Assembly: GCA_976551045.1 (NCBI GenBank)
Contig: CDPCPM010000114.1
Location: forward strand, 7,192,001 to 7,256,000
Length of the DNA stretch: 64,000 bases
Direction: 5' to 3'
From: Glaucostegus cemiculus
Taxonomy: Eukaryota
Positions 51,973 through 64,000 of this stretch are shown in pieces; the stretch's first letter is position 1; every line of letters starts with the position of its first letter. The notes beneath the pieces are model-generated. The model was given only the letters and a program-made list of their open reading frames with translations. It searched no databases and was not told the DNA's origin. Both the position numbers and the translations under genes were made by a program.

Positions 51973-53899
51973 TTGCAAATGTTTGATTTACCACTTTTTG
52001 CTAAGTTGCCATTGATCCTTTATGGTAGGTATCTTTGATTTGCAGACCTTATAACAAAGAGCTCACCACTCTCCTTCCATGGGAGCACACTGTTACCAAC
52101 ATAACCTATGAAACATTTTGGCCAGACTTGTCAGTTTGTGGAATTTTACTTAACAAAATATTTCATAAGAACACGTCCCTTGAGGAATGGTTGTCTACAT
52201 CTGTATGGTACATGTTAAGAGCTAGCTTCTATCAGGTGACATGGCTCTTAATGCACTGGTGTACCTCAATACCATCGTTTTGTTGAGAGTTGTCCTTAAC
52301 AAGTGATGATCTATTGATAGCACTGCTTCTGTCTATTTGCTTATGAGCAGCAGTACAAAGAAATGGGTACAGGGCTGATGCAATGGTTCAGTTACTGGAC
52401 TCAAAATCCAGAGACATGGACCAACAGTCCTGACAGTTCAAATCCCACTTTGATAGTTGTCGAATCGAAATTCAGTTAATAATCTTGAATTGGAAAAATA
52501 AACTAGTAATGAACAGAAGCCCATCTGGTTCACTAATTCCCTTCCAAGGAGAAAATCTGCCAGCCTTGCCAAGCCTGGTGTATATATTGCTCTGGACCCA
52601 CCAATGCGAGTCTTGTAACTGTCCTCTGTTGTACCGTCAGCTATGTTGACATGGGAAAAGAGTAATATTAGATGGACTTCCATGTACCGAAATCAGTGCA
52701 GGTTTTAGCTGTGACAGTCATTCCCAGCTCAGCCAACCTTCTGAAATCCTCCTCGCAAACATCTGGTGTCAAATCCCACAAACTGGTTAAGCAACAACAT
52801 GGCATGGTCATACTTACAAAATCATACGCTAAAGACAATGTTCCAGACAGTTCCATTGCAATGCTGTCCCATCGACATGGCGGAACCACTCAAAGGTGAA
52901 GCGAAGTGGTGAACAGGCAGGTGATCCTGATTTGGGTCTGGCAAACTCTGTACGGTTCTGTCTGAGTTCTGGTGAGAGCTTGGTGTCTACAAGATTCTTG
53001 CTATTGCAGGACTGGTGAATGAATGGAATCAGATGGGGACTGAGTTGGATAATTTGAGAATGGACTTTTCGCAATGTGGAGGCAGGTTCCAGCGAAGATC
53101 CAGCCCAGCAGAGCATAATCAGGGTACAAATGGGTAGAGTGGAAGCCCTTGATAACCCATAAGAAGGTTAAAGGAGAGATGAATTTGTCTTCAAAAGCAA
53201 CTAAAGAGAGAAGCTTTCGCATACACTGAGCCACAGGATTCAGGATGTGAGATGGCATGAAAGCAGAAGCACAAAGCTTAAGAAGCACCAAAGTATTTGT
53301 TGTAATTGAGTTTGAGGTGTCCAGTGGCATACCAGCTACTGTGCATAATTGTAACTGCAGTAGTTACAGATAAACTTGTATTTGTGTTGAGTTTTATGTG
53401 GGGAGTTTGGTGACATCAACAAGATGGTGATCCAGAAAATGTAATACAATGTATTCTGAATCATGAAGACAGTTATGTTGACTCAGCAATTGCAGAACAG
53501 GATGTGAGACCAAGTGGAGAAGTGATCCACTGGAATCACCAGTGCCTGGAGTGAGACTTCTGGGATGTTAAGTGCAGCTCACAGTGAAGAGTTCATTGAA
53601 TGAAGAGACAAGGAGGTTGAATTGGTTGAACTTACAACTGCATTCTAATGAAAAGTTAACTTATTTGTATTGTTTCATGTATATTGATCATTGATTGTAT
53701 GAGTTTGTTTCCTTTTTAAGGGGAAACAGTTTGTACATAGATTTGTTGGATAACTATAAAAACTGATTTGCATCACATGGAATGTTTAATGATATATTGT
53801 TGCATGAGGTACCAGTTTAATTGAGAGTTTTGCTTTCAATAAAGTATATTTTGTTTACAGCTTTATCCATGCTTATTTGCTCATCCAAGCAGCAAATTA

Positions 53900-55960
53900 G
53901 AAATCCAACTCTCTTATGGATTTCCTTTCTGTTTAAAACTTTGAATACTGCAAAGTGAGCAACTTGAACATGCCACCACAACATTATTGTCTAAATATCC
54001 TCTTTTATCAGAATTTAAAAAATAACTGAATTAAAATTGTCCCATTAGCTAATTTCTGCATTCATTAAGGAAGCTGACAGAACAAAGAAAAAGCAAGATT
54101 TTATTATTTCATGGATTATTTCTTGCTTTAAATGCCCAATCAAAACTTTAGTAATTTGTTACAGTGGGAACAGGGATGATGCTCCCCGTGGCTGGGAGGC
54201 TTTGTGCCAGGGTAATGATATCAAACTATGTGTATTACATATTCACAAACAAATGTGTTTGGTCAGTTGTCTGGTAGTCTATACATAAAGCAAGACTTTG
54301 ACGGCCAATTTCTTAAAATGCTTCATTGAAATTATAATTGGCACAGACTTTTAGTGGAAAGTGAATTGAGTTTTCTAACTAGATCTTCAGGTCTGTTTTA
54401 TTTTTTAGTTAACACTGGTTAAAACCAAAAAAATTCAAACCCTATCAATGTGTACAGTGCTTTTGATGATCTTTACAGCAGGTTCCTTCTCAGAGAGAGG
54501 AGAGGATGCAAGATGACATTGTAGTGATTTTTGTCCCATTCATTGTATTTGTTTTTCAGTGTCTGCCAATGCTAGGGGAGTTGATAAAGAAAAGGTTGCA
54601 CTAATTGGTGTGCTTCCATTCCTTATGGCATCATACTGATTCAATGTTACAAATCAATGCTGTACCTTATCATTTGTCCTTAGGGTTTGGAGGTTAGTTC
54701 TATAGCCTGTTGTTGCAGTATTTCTGTATTTCAATAAGGTATTATGTTATTTCCACATTCCTGATGCTGTGTGCATGAAGAAAAGATGAATCAATGGTTA
54801 ATTTTGATGGAAGACTTTTCTTGCTCACCTACATTTAATGGTGCAGCAAGCTCATTGCATGGACATTAAGCATATAACAGTTTTTCATGTGACTATGTTA
54901 GAATATGTTCAGCGTGCTACCTAAGGTATTAAGTGTTTTGGAAGAGATGATGGAGATGGTCTGTTGGGCTTTTTTAGTTTTGGGTTTTTATTCATCAATT
55001 GATCTAAATGTTTTGATTGCAGCCAGTGAGGGTGAATTATTCCCAGTGTGTATGGAATGTGTCTTGGAGCTCAGAAAAAAATAAGGAAATCGTTGCTAAC
55101 AAAGTAATTGCTGTTAAATAAAACACCGGTTTTAAACTTGAAATGGAAAAATATTGGGAATTCCCCAAGTTCCACTCGAACCACATTATCTATTTAGAAA
55201 AGGTTCTTAATTTATGGCTTTTCTAATCAGCCAACACTTGGATTGAGGAGTTCATTATTGCTTTTAAGCAGTTGTAGTCCAATAATGCTTACATCTCAGC
55301 CAATTAGTCTGAAGGGAAATGACTTTGGCATTTTGTAATAAGTGTTGAATTACAGCATAGATTTGCCTATTAAACCCTTCACTGATGTGTTTGACATGAG
55401 AGTGAAATATTGTTTCCAATGCAGTAGTACTTCACAAATCTAGAATTTTTTTTAAATTCTTGAAGGAATTTGCCTTGGGATTGGGAAATAGTAATGCTAA
55501 ACTGCACAAAGAGTTAAAAATTGGTAAAGAAATGTGCAGGTGTTGTTTAATCTTAGCACCATGGGCTCTTAAATTAATGAGAATTAAATTAGAATTGCTT
55601 TTATATTTATTCACTTTTGACACTTTAAAGAGATCTGTCTGTCACTACGTGCTAAGTTAATGGGCTGCCCATTACTTCCTGAGCACTGGTGAACCTTTAT
55701 ATGCCTACAACTGGGGAGTATTTGAAATCCAATTGTTGTGTGGCTGTTTCTCTTTTAAATAGGAACCAAACAATATTTCAGATTTGTATTTGGATGATTT
55801 GTGCAGTAGGTTATTTTTGCGTCTGTGCCATTCATTGGGCTAACAGCTTGTTTAAGCTTATGTATCTTCAACATGTCATTGGTTACATTTAATGGGAATT
55901 TTTAAGGCAAATTTAATTGTCAGGCTGACACTAAAGAAATGCTCATTTTTGGTCCTTTTT
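53900..55960. promoter_or_regulatory. Candidate conserved non-coding elements (ARX/POLA1 regulatory block)
   Basis: No recognisable repeats. AT-rich with dense TAAT/ATTA clusters. Position in a large POLA1 intron. Conservation not verifiable here. Confidence 0.4.
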
Positions 55961-56981
55961 CTTGTCTATTTCTGTGGGTTTAAAATGGGCCTAGTGAAAA
56001 AATGACCATCCCAGTAGACTATAGTGGGTAGTTCTGGGTTTTAAGCCTTTCTATGAAAAGCTAATCAACAAACATATTTTTGGAGATGAACACAATTTAT
56101 AAATTATGACTTGAAGCAGGACCATTTTAAAATTAAAAAGAGACACTTTTGAGTAGTTATTATCGAAGTTCAAAAATATGACTTATTTCTTGAAAGTTCC
56201 TCACTTCCTATGATAAGAGTTTGTATCATCCATTCCTTCTCCCCAGTCCTCCATAAATGGCTAAGCTGTCCTTATTATGACCATTGCACCTCATGTGGGC
56301 AGGAAGTTAGGGCAGGTACTGTGCTCACACACACTCCATTACTAATCATGACTTTGTATTTGGACCACTTATGTGTTTTAGGTTAAAAATAGACTATAAG
56401 AACAAGATTTTTTTCTGAACTATAAGTTGAGTCGAGGCTCAAACTGATGACACTATTTAAGCAGAGGTGAAAGGATGAGACAAGTCTTGAGTATGTGATT
56501 GGGTGAATGCATATCTGTGCTTTAATAAAAGAAAATTCCTGAACAAAAGGTGACTTTAATTTCTTGTGTCTTATCTCCTTGTCCCCATTTAACATCATTT
56601 TGCCATTTCCTTGCCTTTGCTGTGTTCCATGAATATTTTGCCAGAGTAAAAGCACTGGAAATGGCTAAGCATCAAACCTTTATATATGTGCTTTGTAGCA
56701 CTGCTCAGGAGGTCCAACTGTGTTTGCTTTTTACCTTTTGCCCCTTTGAACTATTCCCACCCACCCCACAGTTTTATGGCAGCATTGCTTCTCTAACCAA
56801 TGTCACTCAAGACCAGATTAAATTTGGCATCTTTCTGCTCTTTATTATGTGGTATTAAATCATTTACCTTCTAAGCCAGACATGTTCAGCACAGCTTTGT
56901 GGGCTGAAGGGTCTTAGGTTTTCTATTTTTCTATCTCCAGTCAGTGTATATACAGTTTTGCTCTGGGGGGAGAAAAGAAGG

Positions 56982-57095
56982 GGCAGATGCTGGGAATCTG
57001 AAATAAAAACAGAAAGGAAACACCCAGCAGAACAGGCAGCATGTGTGGGAAGAGAAACAGTTAATTTTTTCATGTTGAAGACTCTTTGGCAGCTT
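56982..57095 (-). mobile_element. Degenerate Penelope-derived pLTR fragment
   Basis: gcagatgctgggaatctgaaataaaaacagaa...cagcagaacaggcagcatgtgtgggaagagaaacagttaa. Confidence 0.65.
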
Positions 57096-57397
57096 TACTT
57101 TGTAGAGTTTGCAGTGAAGAAGTCAGCTAAAAAATTAGATGACTTATTGATGGCGTTCGAATCTAAGCATAGAAATTAGCTGTAACTATGTGGCACTGTC
57201 TAGGCTGAAGGGATTTGTGACACTCTGGTTTTCACTCGTACAGGCGATTTACCAAATATAATTACAGTTCTTTTCATTGCAGAAAATTACGACATGCCCA
57301 ATACAGAAATTTAAATAAAGCATGTTGTGAAAATTCATTTAATTACACGGGGGTTTGGGAAATGTTGCTTTTGTTAAAACTGTTAAATTACCAGTGC

Positions 57398-57659
57398 CAC
57401 AAAGAGATTCTGCAGATGCTGGAATCTGGAGCAACACGCAAAAAAATGCTGGAGGAACTCGGCAAGTAAGGCAGCACCCATGGAGAGAAATAAACAGTAG
57501 ATGTTTCAGGTCGAGACCCTTCATCAGGACTGGAAAGGAAGACTGGCTCTGCCCACTTCCTTTCCAGTCCTGATGAAGGGTCTTGACCCAGAACGTCGAC
57601 TGTTTATTTTTCTCCTTAGATGCTGCCTTACCTGCTGAGTTCCTCCAGAACCTTTTGTG
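57398..57659. mobile_element. Palindromic Penelope-like element with two inverted minimal hammerhead motifs and a 14-bp TSD
   Basis: TSD taaattaccagtgc at 57384-57397 and 57660-57673. ~105-bp inverted arms around a 14-nt spacer. CTGATGA cores at 57570-57576 (+) and 57521-57527 (-). Confidence 0.85.
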
Positions 57660-57849
57660 TAAATTACCAGTGCAATAGCTTGGGACACACGATCAAACTT
57701 CTCCAAATTCTACTGCATTCAGGTGTGGGTTGTTGCTTCCCTTCAGTTCGCAATGAGAAACATGGCTTAAGGCTGTCACCAGTATGATACTCAACTGTGC
57801 GTTGATTCTTGACATGAGTGGGTTGCTGGTGAGAAGTAATTGAGGAAGT

Positions 57850-58230
57850 TGGCCTTTACCCACTGGAGTTTAGACGATAGAGAGATCATTGAGACTGAGG
57901 GGAAACATCTGGCTGTTTCTTCTGTGTGGAGAGTCAAGGACTGGGGACTATAGTCTCAGGGTAGGAGGCTGACCAATTAGGATTGAGTTAAGAAAAAAAT
58001 TGTCCATGCACAGGGTTATAAATCTTTGGAAATCTGCACCTCGGAGGGTAGTGGATGAGTCATCATTGAGTAAGTCTGAGACAGATGGGTTTTTCAATGC
58101 TAATGGAACCAGAGAATATGGTGATGGGGTGGGCACAGGCCAGTGGATGAGGCATGGTAGCAACAATATAAGTCATTGATTAACTGCACTGACTCAAAGG
58201 GTTTACTCCTGCTTCTGTATCTTATATTCT
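57850..58230 (+). mobile_element. CR1 LINE 3' fragment
   Basis: cactggagtttagacg...agggttataaatctttggaaatctgcacc...tttactcctgcttctgtatcttat. Confidence 0.6.
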
Positions 58231-58316
58231 TGTATTGTGTTTGTATTTAGAATATACAAGTAGCTCATTAGCCAATATTCACCAGCTGTTCACCTGCAAC
58301 TTTTATTTTGTTTCAG

Positions 58317-58349
58317 ATCCTCATGCACACCAAGGAGATGGTCCAGAAG
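58317..58349 (+). CDS. POLA1: POLA1 33-nt micro-exon (ILMHTKEMVQK)
   Basis: ttttattttgtttcag acceptor, gtaatt donor at 58350. Supplies the expected peptide between KGRE and [12 protein letters not shown]. Confidence 0.94.
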
Positions 58350-60094
58350 GTAATTTATCCCCATGCATATTGGTGTATAAAATGGTGCTAAGCTGCAAAG
58401 ACATCAGCAGTCGACTTGAGGAACTGCTCCTTCACAGCAGCAAATCTCATTCATATTCAAGAGTTTAATCAGGAATAAGTTATTTGTGTTAATTAAAGAA
58501 ATGTTTTTCATATGTTGGGTGTGATAAATTGTGTTGTTCCTCATATATGTGAACCTTGTGAATAGAAGCACTTCTCCCTCAGGAGCTGCCTTCTTTGAGT
58601 GCTTTGTGCTAATGCTGTGTTTACCACTTTGCTTTTGTATGCCATTAGCAGCAATTTTGCAATGGGTTTAATTTTTGGTTTATTTTGAGTAACCAAAAAT
58701 TAAGCCCTGCTCAAATGTGCTATCCTGTTCCAACAGCAGGATTTGGGGGTCATATGTTGATGACAATGCATAATATCCATTTTCAGAAGCTTTTGTACTA
58801 TTCATGTCGTGTTTAGTGCAGAGGCAGAGGGTGGCCCAAGAAATAATGGGAGGTATTAAACCATCCTTAGTGCTTGATATTGTCCCCATTAAAATCAATA
58901 TGAAGCAACTTTATCCATACCTGATGTGAACAATACGTATGTCTTTTGTGTTCATGGCATGTATTCTGAACAATTACATTGCTGCAGTCTAATTCTTGGT
59001 AGAGAAGTTGCCAGATGAGCTGCTTTGGGAATGACACTGTTATGACTAATAAGAACAAAGCTCACAAATAACTATGTAGGTTATTAAAGGTCATGGGCTT
59101 TTTATAGTCAAAGTGAACCTACAATTGGATTAAACAGGTTCTTGAAATAAATTTGCTTGATGAAGAATGTAGATGTTGGATTTGTCCCATCTTAAAATGA
59201 AAATATTATAATTAGCTATGGGGGAGTAGAGATCCTTAAGCAGACCCTTCTTGTAAAGAAAAGGTAGTGCAGCAATTCTAACCTACTCACGGGTGATGTA
59301 AATTTATGCAATAAAAGGTCAGAACCATGACAGACCTGTCATATTTGCCATTTCCAGTAATGTGCTCTGCTTCCCTATTTATTAACTCATCTGTCAACAT
59401 CACTCTTTACATCTTCACTAACAGGATTTGCTTAATGCTAATAGACAATCTGAAACTGTACAATTTAATTCTGCTGAGGGTTTCAATTGACAGACTTACC
59501 TGTGATTGAAGTAAAAGTGAGCATTCAGTTGGAAGTGGGGTTCTGAATGTAAATTCTACTCAACCCAAGTCTGGTCTCTGAAGGAAAGACTTGGTTGGTT
59601 ATTGGGCCTGTGAGAATAACTAACAAATCCTTGCTGTGGGCAACTGTTGCTCTGTTTGTGTGGCTCACTAGGAGTCTACAATGTAGGAGTTTAGTATGAC
59701 AGTACAGTATCAAGCACAGCCTGAATGTACAAAATAAATTCTGTGGATTGATGTGTGTCAATTAAACAATTCCCTGCATGCATGTTATATGGGTTAACAT
59801 GTTTCTAAAAGATGTGAAATAATTATTTTTCCATTAAGGCTTTTAGGCTAATTAGATGAATGTACACAGTGTATAAATTTTGTGACTTATACATTAATCT
59901 TAAAAATAGGTATTAATTCATTTGCTCTATTTAAATGCAAAGCCAACAGACCACTTCAGCACAGTATTGAATAGTAGCTAGCTTCACACGTTATTCCCAA
60001 GTGAATATACACGCAAGCATTTGAGAGCTCTTTAATTTGAAAAATTAACTTTTGCAAAATAGTTTGAACACAAGCATCTTTGTTAGGTTGATCA

Positions 60095-61550
60095 CTTACC
60101 CAATAAGGATACTATGGGAAGCAAGAATGGAGATTACTGGGGCTATAATGGAGACTTTTGCATCTTCATTAGTCATGGGTGAGGTACCAGAAGATGGGAG
60201 GAGAGCTAATGTTGTTCCCATATTCAAAAAGGGCAGTAGGGATAAGCCAGGAAACTACAGGCGGTGAGCCTTGCAATAATAGTAGGGAAATTATTGGAAT
60301 AAATTCTAATGGATGGGACTTGTGTTCACTTGGAAGTGCAGGGACTGATGAGCAGTCAATGTGGTTTTGTAGCGGGGTATCCCTTTTCACAAATTGGCTC
60401 GAGTTTTTTGAGGAAGTAGCAAAGATGAAGGCAGTGTAGTAGACGTAGTTTACAAGGACTTTAGCAAGGCTTTTGTCAAAGTCCCGTTCTGTTGGCTGGT
60501 CCTGAAAGTTGGGGCAGATGGCATTCAAGGGATGTTGACAAATTGGGTCCAAAATTGGCTTGGTGATATGGAGCAGAGGATAGTGGTCAAGGGGTGGAAG
60601 TCTGTAACCAGTAGTGCACTGCAGGGATTTGTGCTGGGACATTTGTCATAAAAAATAAATGACCCGGATGAGAATGTAGGTGGAATGATTGGTAAGCTTG
60701 CTGATGACACAAACTTGGTGGAGTAGTAGATAGTGAAGAAGGTTGTGAAAGAATACAGAGAGACATTGTTCAGTTGGAAAAGTTGGGCACAGTGATAGTA
60801 GATACAGTTTAATCCTAATGAGTGTGAGGTAATGCTTTTTGGGATGAAAATACTAACAGGACAGACACTGTAAATGGCAGGGACCTCAGGAGTGTCAATG
60901 TACAGGGGGACCTTTAGATGCAAGCTCACAGCTTGCTAAAAATAGTAACATAAGTGGATAGGGGAGTGAAGTAGGTTTCATAGCCTGAGACATTCAGTTA
61001 AAAGAGTTGGGATGTCCTTTTATGGCTGTACAATATATTGGTCAGGCCACACTTGGAGTATTGTGTACAGTTCTGGTTGCCACACTACAGAACGGATGTG
61101 GTAGCATTAAAGTGCACAAGAGGTTCACCAGGACACTGTATGGATCAGCAGGCTCTTATTAGGGGAATTTGGCTGGGCTGGAACACGAGCTGAGGTGTAA
61201 CCTTATTGAGGTTTATAGATTTATGAAGGGGCAGAGATAGGGTAGATAGAGTCTTTTTCCTAGTGTATGGGAATCTCTAACTAGAGGGCATAGGTGTAAG
61301 GCCCAAGGTGAAAGATTTAAAGGGTACCTGAGGTGCATGTTCTTTACCCACAGGGTGGTGGTTGTATGGAACAAGCTACTAAAGGAAGTGGAAGAGGTGT
61401 TTAAAAGGCCTTTGTATAGGTATTTAGATAGGAAAGTAGAGAGATAGAGACCTAATGTGGGCAAATGGGATTAGTGTTGATAGGCTTCACAGTCAGCATG
61501 GACAAGTTATGACGAAGTGCCTGTTCTTGTGATGTTCACCTCAGTAACTC
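60095..61550 (+). mobile_element. 5'-truncated, deleted CR1 LINE (RT region to 3' tail)
   Basis: Peptide remnants ANVVPIFKKGSRDKPGNYR, DFSKAF.KVP, LADDTNL and [13 protein letters not shown], with multiple stops and frameshifts. Confidence 0.85.
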
Positions 61551-62403
61551 TAAGATGACTCACTGTTTTAACAGGTTGTGATTTATGCTGTGCTCCCTTC
61601 AACCCCTCAGTCTGCTCCCTTCTTAAGGAGTTTCTATTATTCATCCTTTATTGGCCACTCAAATGAGATATACAAAGTCTCCTAAAGCACTGTTTATTGC
61701 ATCAATTTTTTATCTATTGGGAGGCGTTTCAGTGCTCAACTTCTGCTTGGCTCAGAAAGAATGAAGGTTCCTATTTAAGAACTGGAAAAATTGAACAGAG
61801 AACATGGAATGAAAACCGTGCAGCTCACAAGCCCTGGGGATCTGACCGACGAAGCCCCAGAAACAGGGCAAAGCAATTTTATGAACTTGGAGGTTTTGAA
61901 AGGTCACCCCCAGGGCAGTTACTTCATTCATTGATTAAATCTTCAATCACAACAAGATCTGCTGGTATTCACAGTTATGTATGTATGGACTTGAATGAAA
62001 GCAGTTAAAAGAAAAAGGATTTGTATTTAATGGCACTTTAGGATCTCACAACATGATTTACTGCTTATATATTACCTATGGAGCATGGTCATTGCAGATA
62101 TGTGAGACGGGCACTGAAACTAATTTGCAAGCAATACGGTCTAAACAACCATAACAAGATTGAACAGTTAATCTGCTTTAGATAGTTTTGCAATACAATT
62201 TAACCCCACTCTTACTTTAAGCCCGCATAAGAAAGCAAGCAGGACTTCACTTTCACTGACAAAGTAAATTTGGGTTTTATTTGTGGTTTTCAAAATTATT
62301 ATTTTGAACTGAGAAAGACCAAAATTTGGACTCTTCGTAGTAATAGCATCTGTGCAGAAACAATTTTCTTAGTTGTTACAGCTGGCATTTTCTTTTGCTG
62401 TAG

Positions 62404-62535
<132 letters not shown>

Positions 62536-64000
62536 TAATCTAATGCACAGATCAGATATCAGTGCCATTTAAAAAAAAATACCATGTGTCACAAGTATGA
62601 GATTTATTTATAGATCAGAAGAATTTGGACATCTTCTGAATCATTCACTTAAATTTCAGTAAATTTAACATGTAAATGAAATAGGATTTATTTTACTTCA
62701 ATTTGCCTTTGCTTGAGTTGGACACTAAGTGTGAAAATCATAATCTAAACAATTTGGTTATAGCCAGGTGGCTTTTAGTTGAAATTCCTTTCTTCCCATG
62801 AGGAATTCCATACTGGTAAGTTTCTGCAAATGCTACTCTTTCTGTATTGTACAGTTCGTAAACTAAAGGTCTGAGTTCCTTGGCTGAGCTATTCTTTCAA
62901 CTGTTCACTGTTACCCTTAAATATGCCCAGTAAATCAGAGCATGAATTGATTATGTGATGGAAAGGTCGGACTCTCTCTTGTTTCACTCTCATCTCTTCT
63001 TGCACCCTCCCCCCCACCCCACCGATACCCAATCCCAACAATATTGGTTTGATGGCAGTAGTCATTGGTCATTTAATGAAAATTTAAAGGGAAATTGGAA
63101 ATGTAGAACATTTCTAATAATTAAAGTAATGCATAAAATTTTCACCCTAAAACTAACTATTTGGAAATTCATATTTATGTATTGCGTTTTGATCAGATTT
63201 GTTGGAGATGAAATCACAAACCTCCTTTTGATTTTCATCAGCTTGATGAATTTCCTTCAGTTTTATCTTACGATTCTGCCAGAAACGTGCTGAAGTGAAG
63301 CATTAATAAACTTTGCATGCAGGTAGCAACAGTGATTTTAAATCATTTTGATCCTTACCTGGTTCTGTTAATTGGACACTTGTAGCCTTCAAGTTTTACC
63401 GTTGAAAATATCACCTGCCGAAGTAGCTGCTGTAACGACTGAATTGAAAAAGCAACAGAATGTAACCAGGTTCACAAATTCAGGTTAACCACTGAATTGG
63501 CTTTATGGAATTGTCTGTGATCACTGCACCAAACAACAGAGTGCAACCTGTTAGAAATGTAAACACGTGGAACTCCGGCAAAGAGGACAGATTTAAATGG
63601 CATATAAATGTGAATTGGGCCTTGGGGCCTGCTCTTTTAATTCATTCAAGGAGGAAGAGTAGAACTTTTGCCTGGGAAAAGCCTGGATTTCTTTCTGATG
63701 TTTAGCTCTGGCAGAGTTCTGCTCATCAGCAAAAGGTTGAAAGAGTCAATAAGGCCTTGACTTCTTGGTCCAAAGTCAAGTCAAAGATCCACCTCAGACT
63801 GTTATCATTAGATTCTGAAAAAACAGGGTTTGGCTTGGACAAGGTGCATTTTTAAAGTCAGAAGAGCCAGACCAATGTACCTTGGTCCACTTTTGGGAAT
63901 GAATGAGGTTGCAGGTGACTCAAGGAATATAATCCTACTGGGACATGAGACTGGAGGGATTAATATTGTGGTCTTTTTAATTGCAAAGTTGCTTGTGAGA

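Noticed and set aside
51613-51994. ORFs spanning the N run
   Set aside because: Artefacts of translating through the assembly gap.
60052-61464. RT-like ORFs as an active retrotransposon
   Set aside because: Stops, frameshifts and internal deletions indicate a dead CR1 copy.

Overview
Vertebrate genomic DNA. The repeat content (HE1-like V-SINEs, Deu-domain SINEs, CR1/L2 LINE debris, Penelope-derived short elements) points to a shark or ray, but the species cannot be determined from the sequence. The whole window lies inside POLA1 (DNA polymerase alpha catalytic subunit) on the + strand. Fifteen consecutive GT-AG exons (246-62496; 1710 nt, 570 codons) splice in phase and include B-family motifs A (DFNSLYPS), B (KLTANSMYG) and C (YGDTDS). 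The gene's start and end lie outside the window. A 30.5-kb intron (27842-58316) holds homeobox-motif-rich tracts that are candidate ARX-block conserved enhancers, an isolated ~200-bp CpG-dense patch and a 129-N assembly gap. The most notable non-genic signal is a family of short Penelope-like elements carrying minimal hammerhead-ribozyme cores in inverted (palindromic) arrangement, two of them with target-site duplications. Most ORFs in the supplied track are spurious or repeat-derived. Repeat boundaries are approximate and family names were assigned by eye, not by database search.
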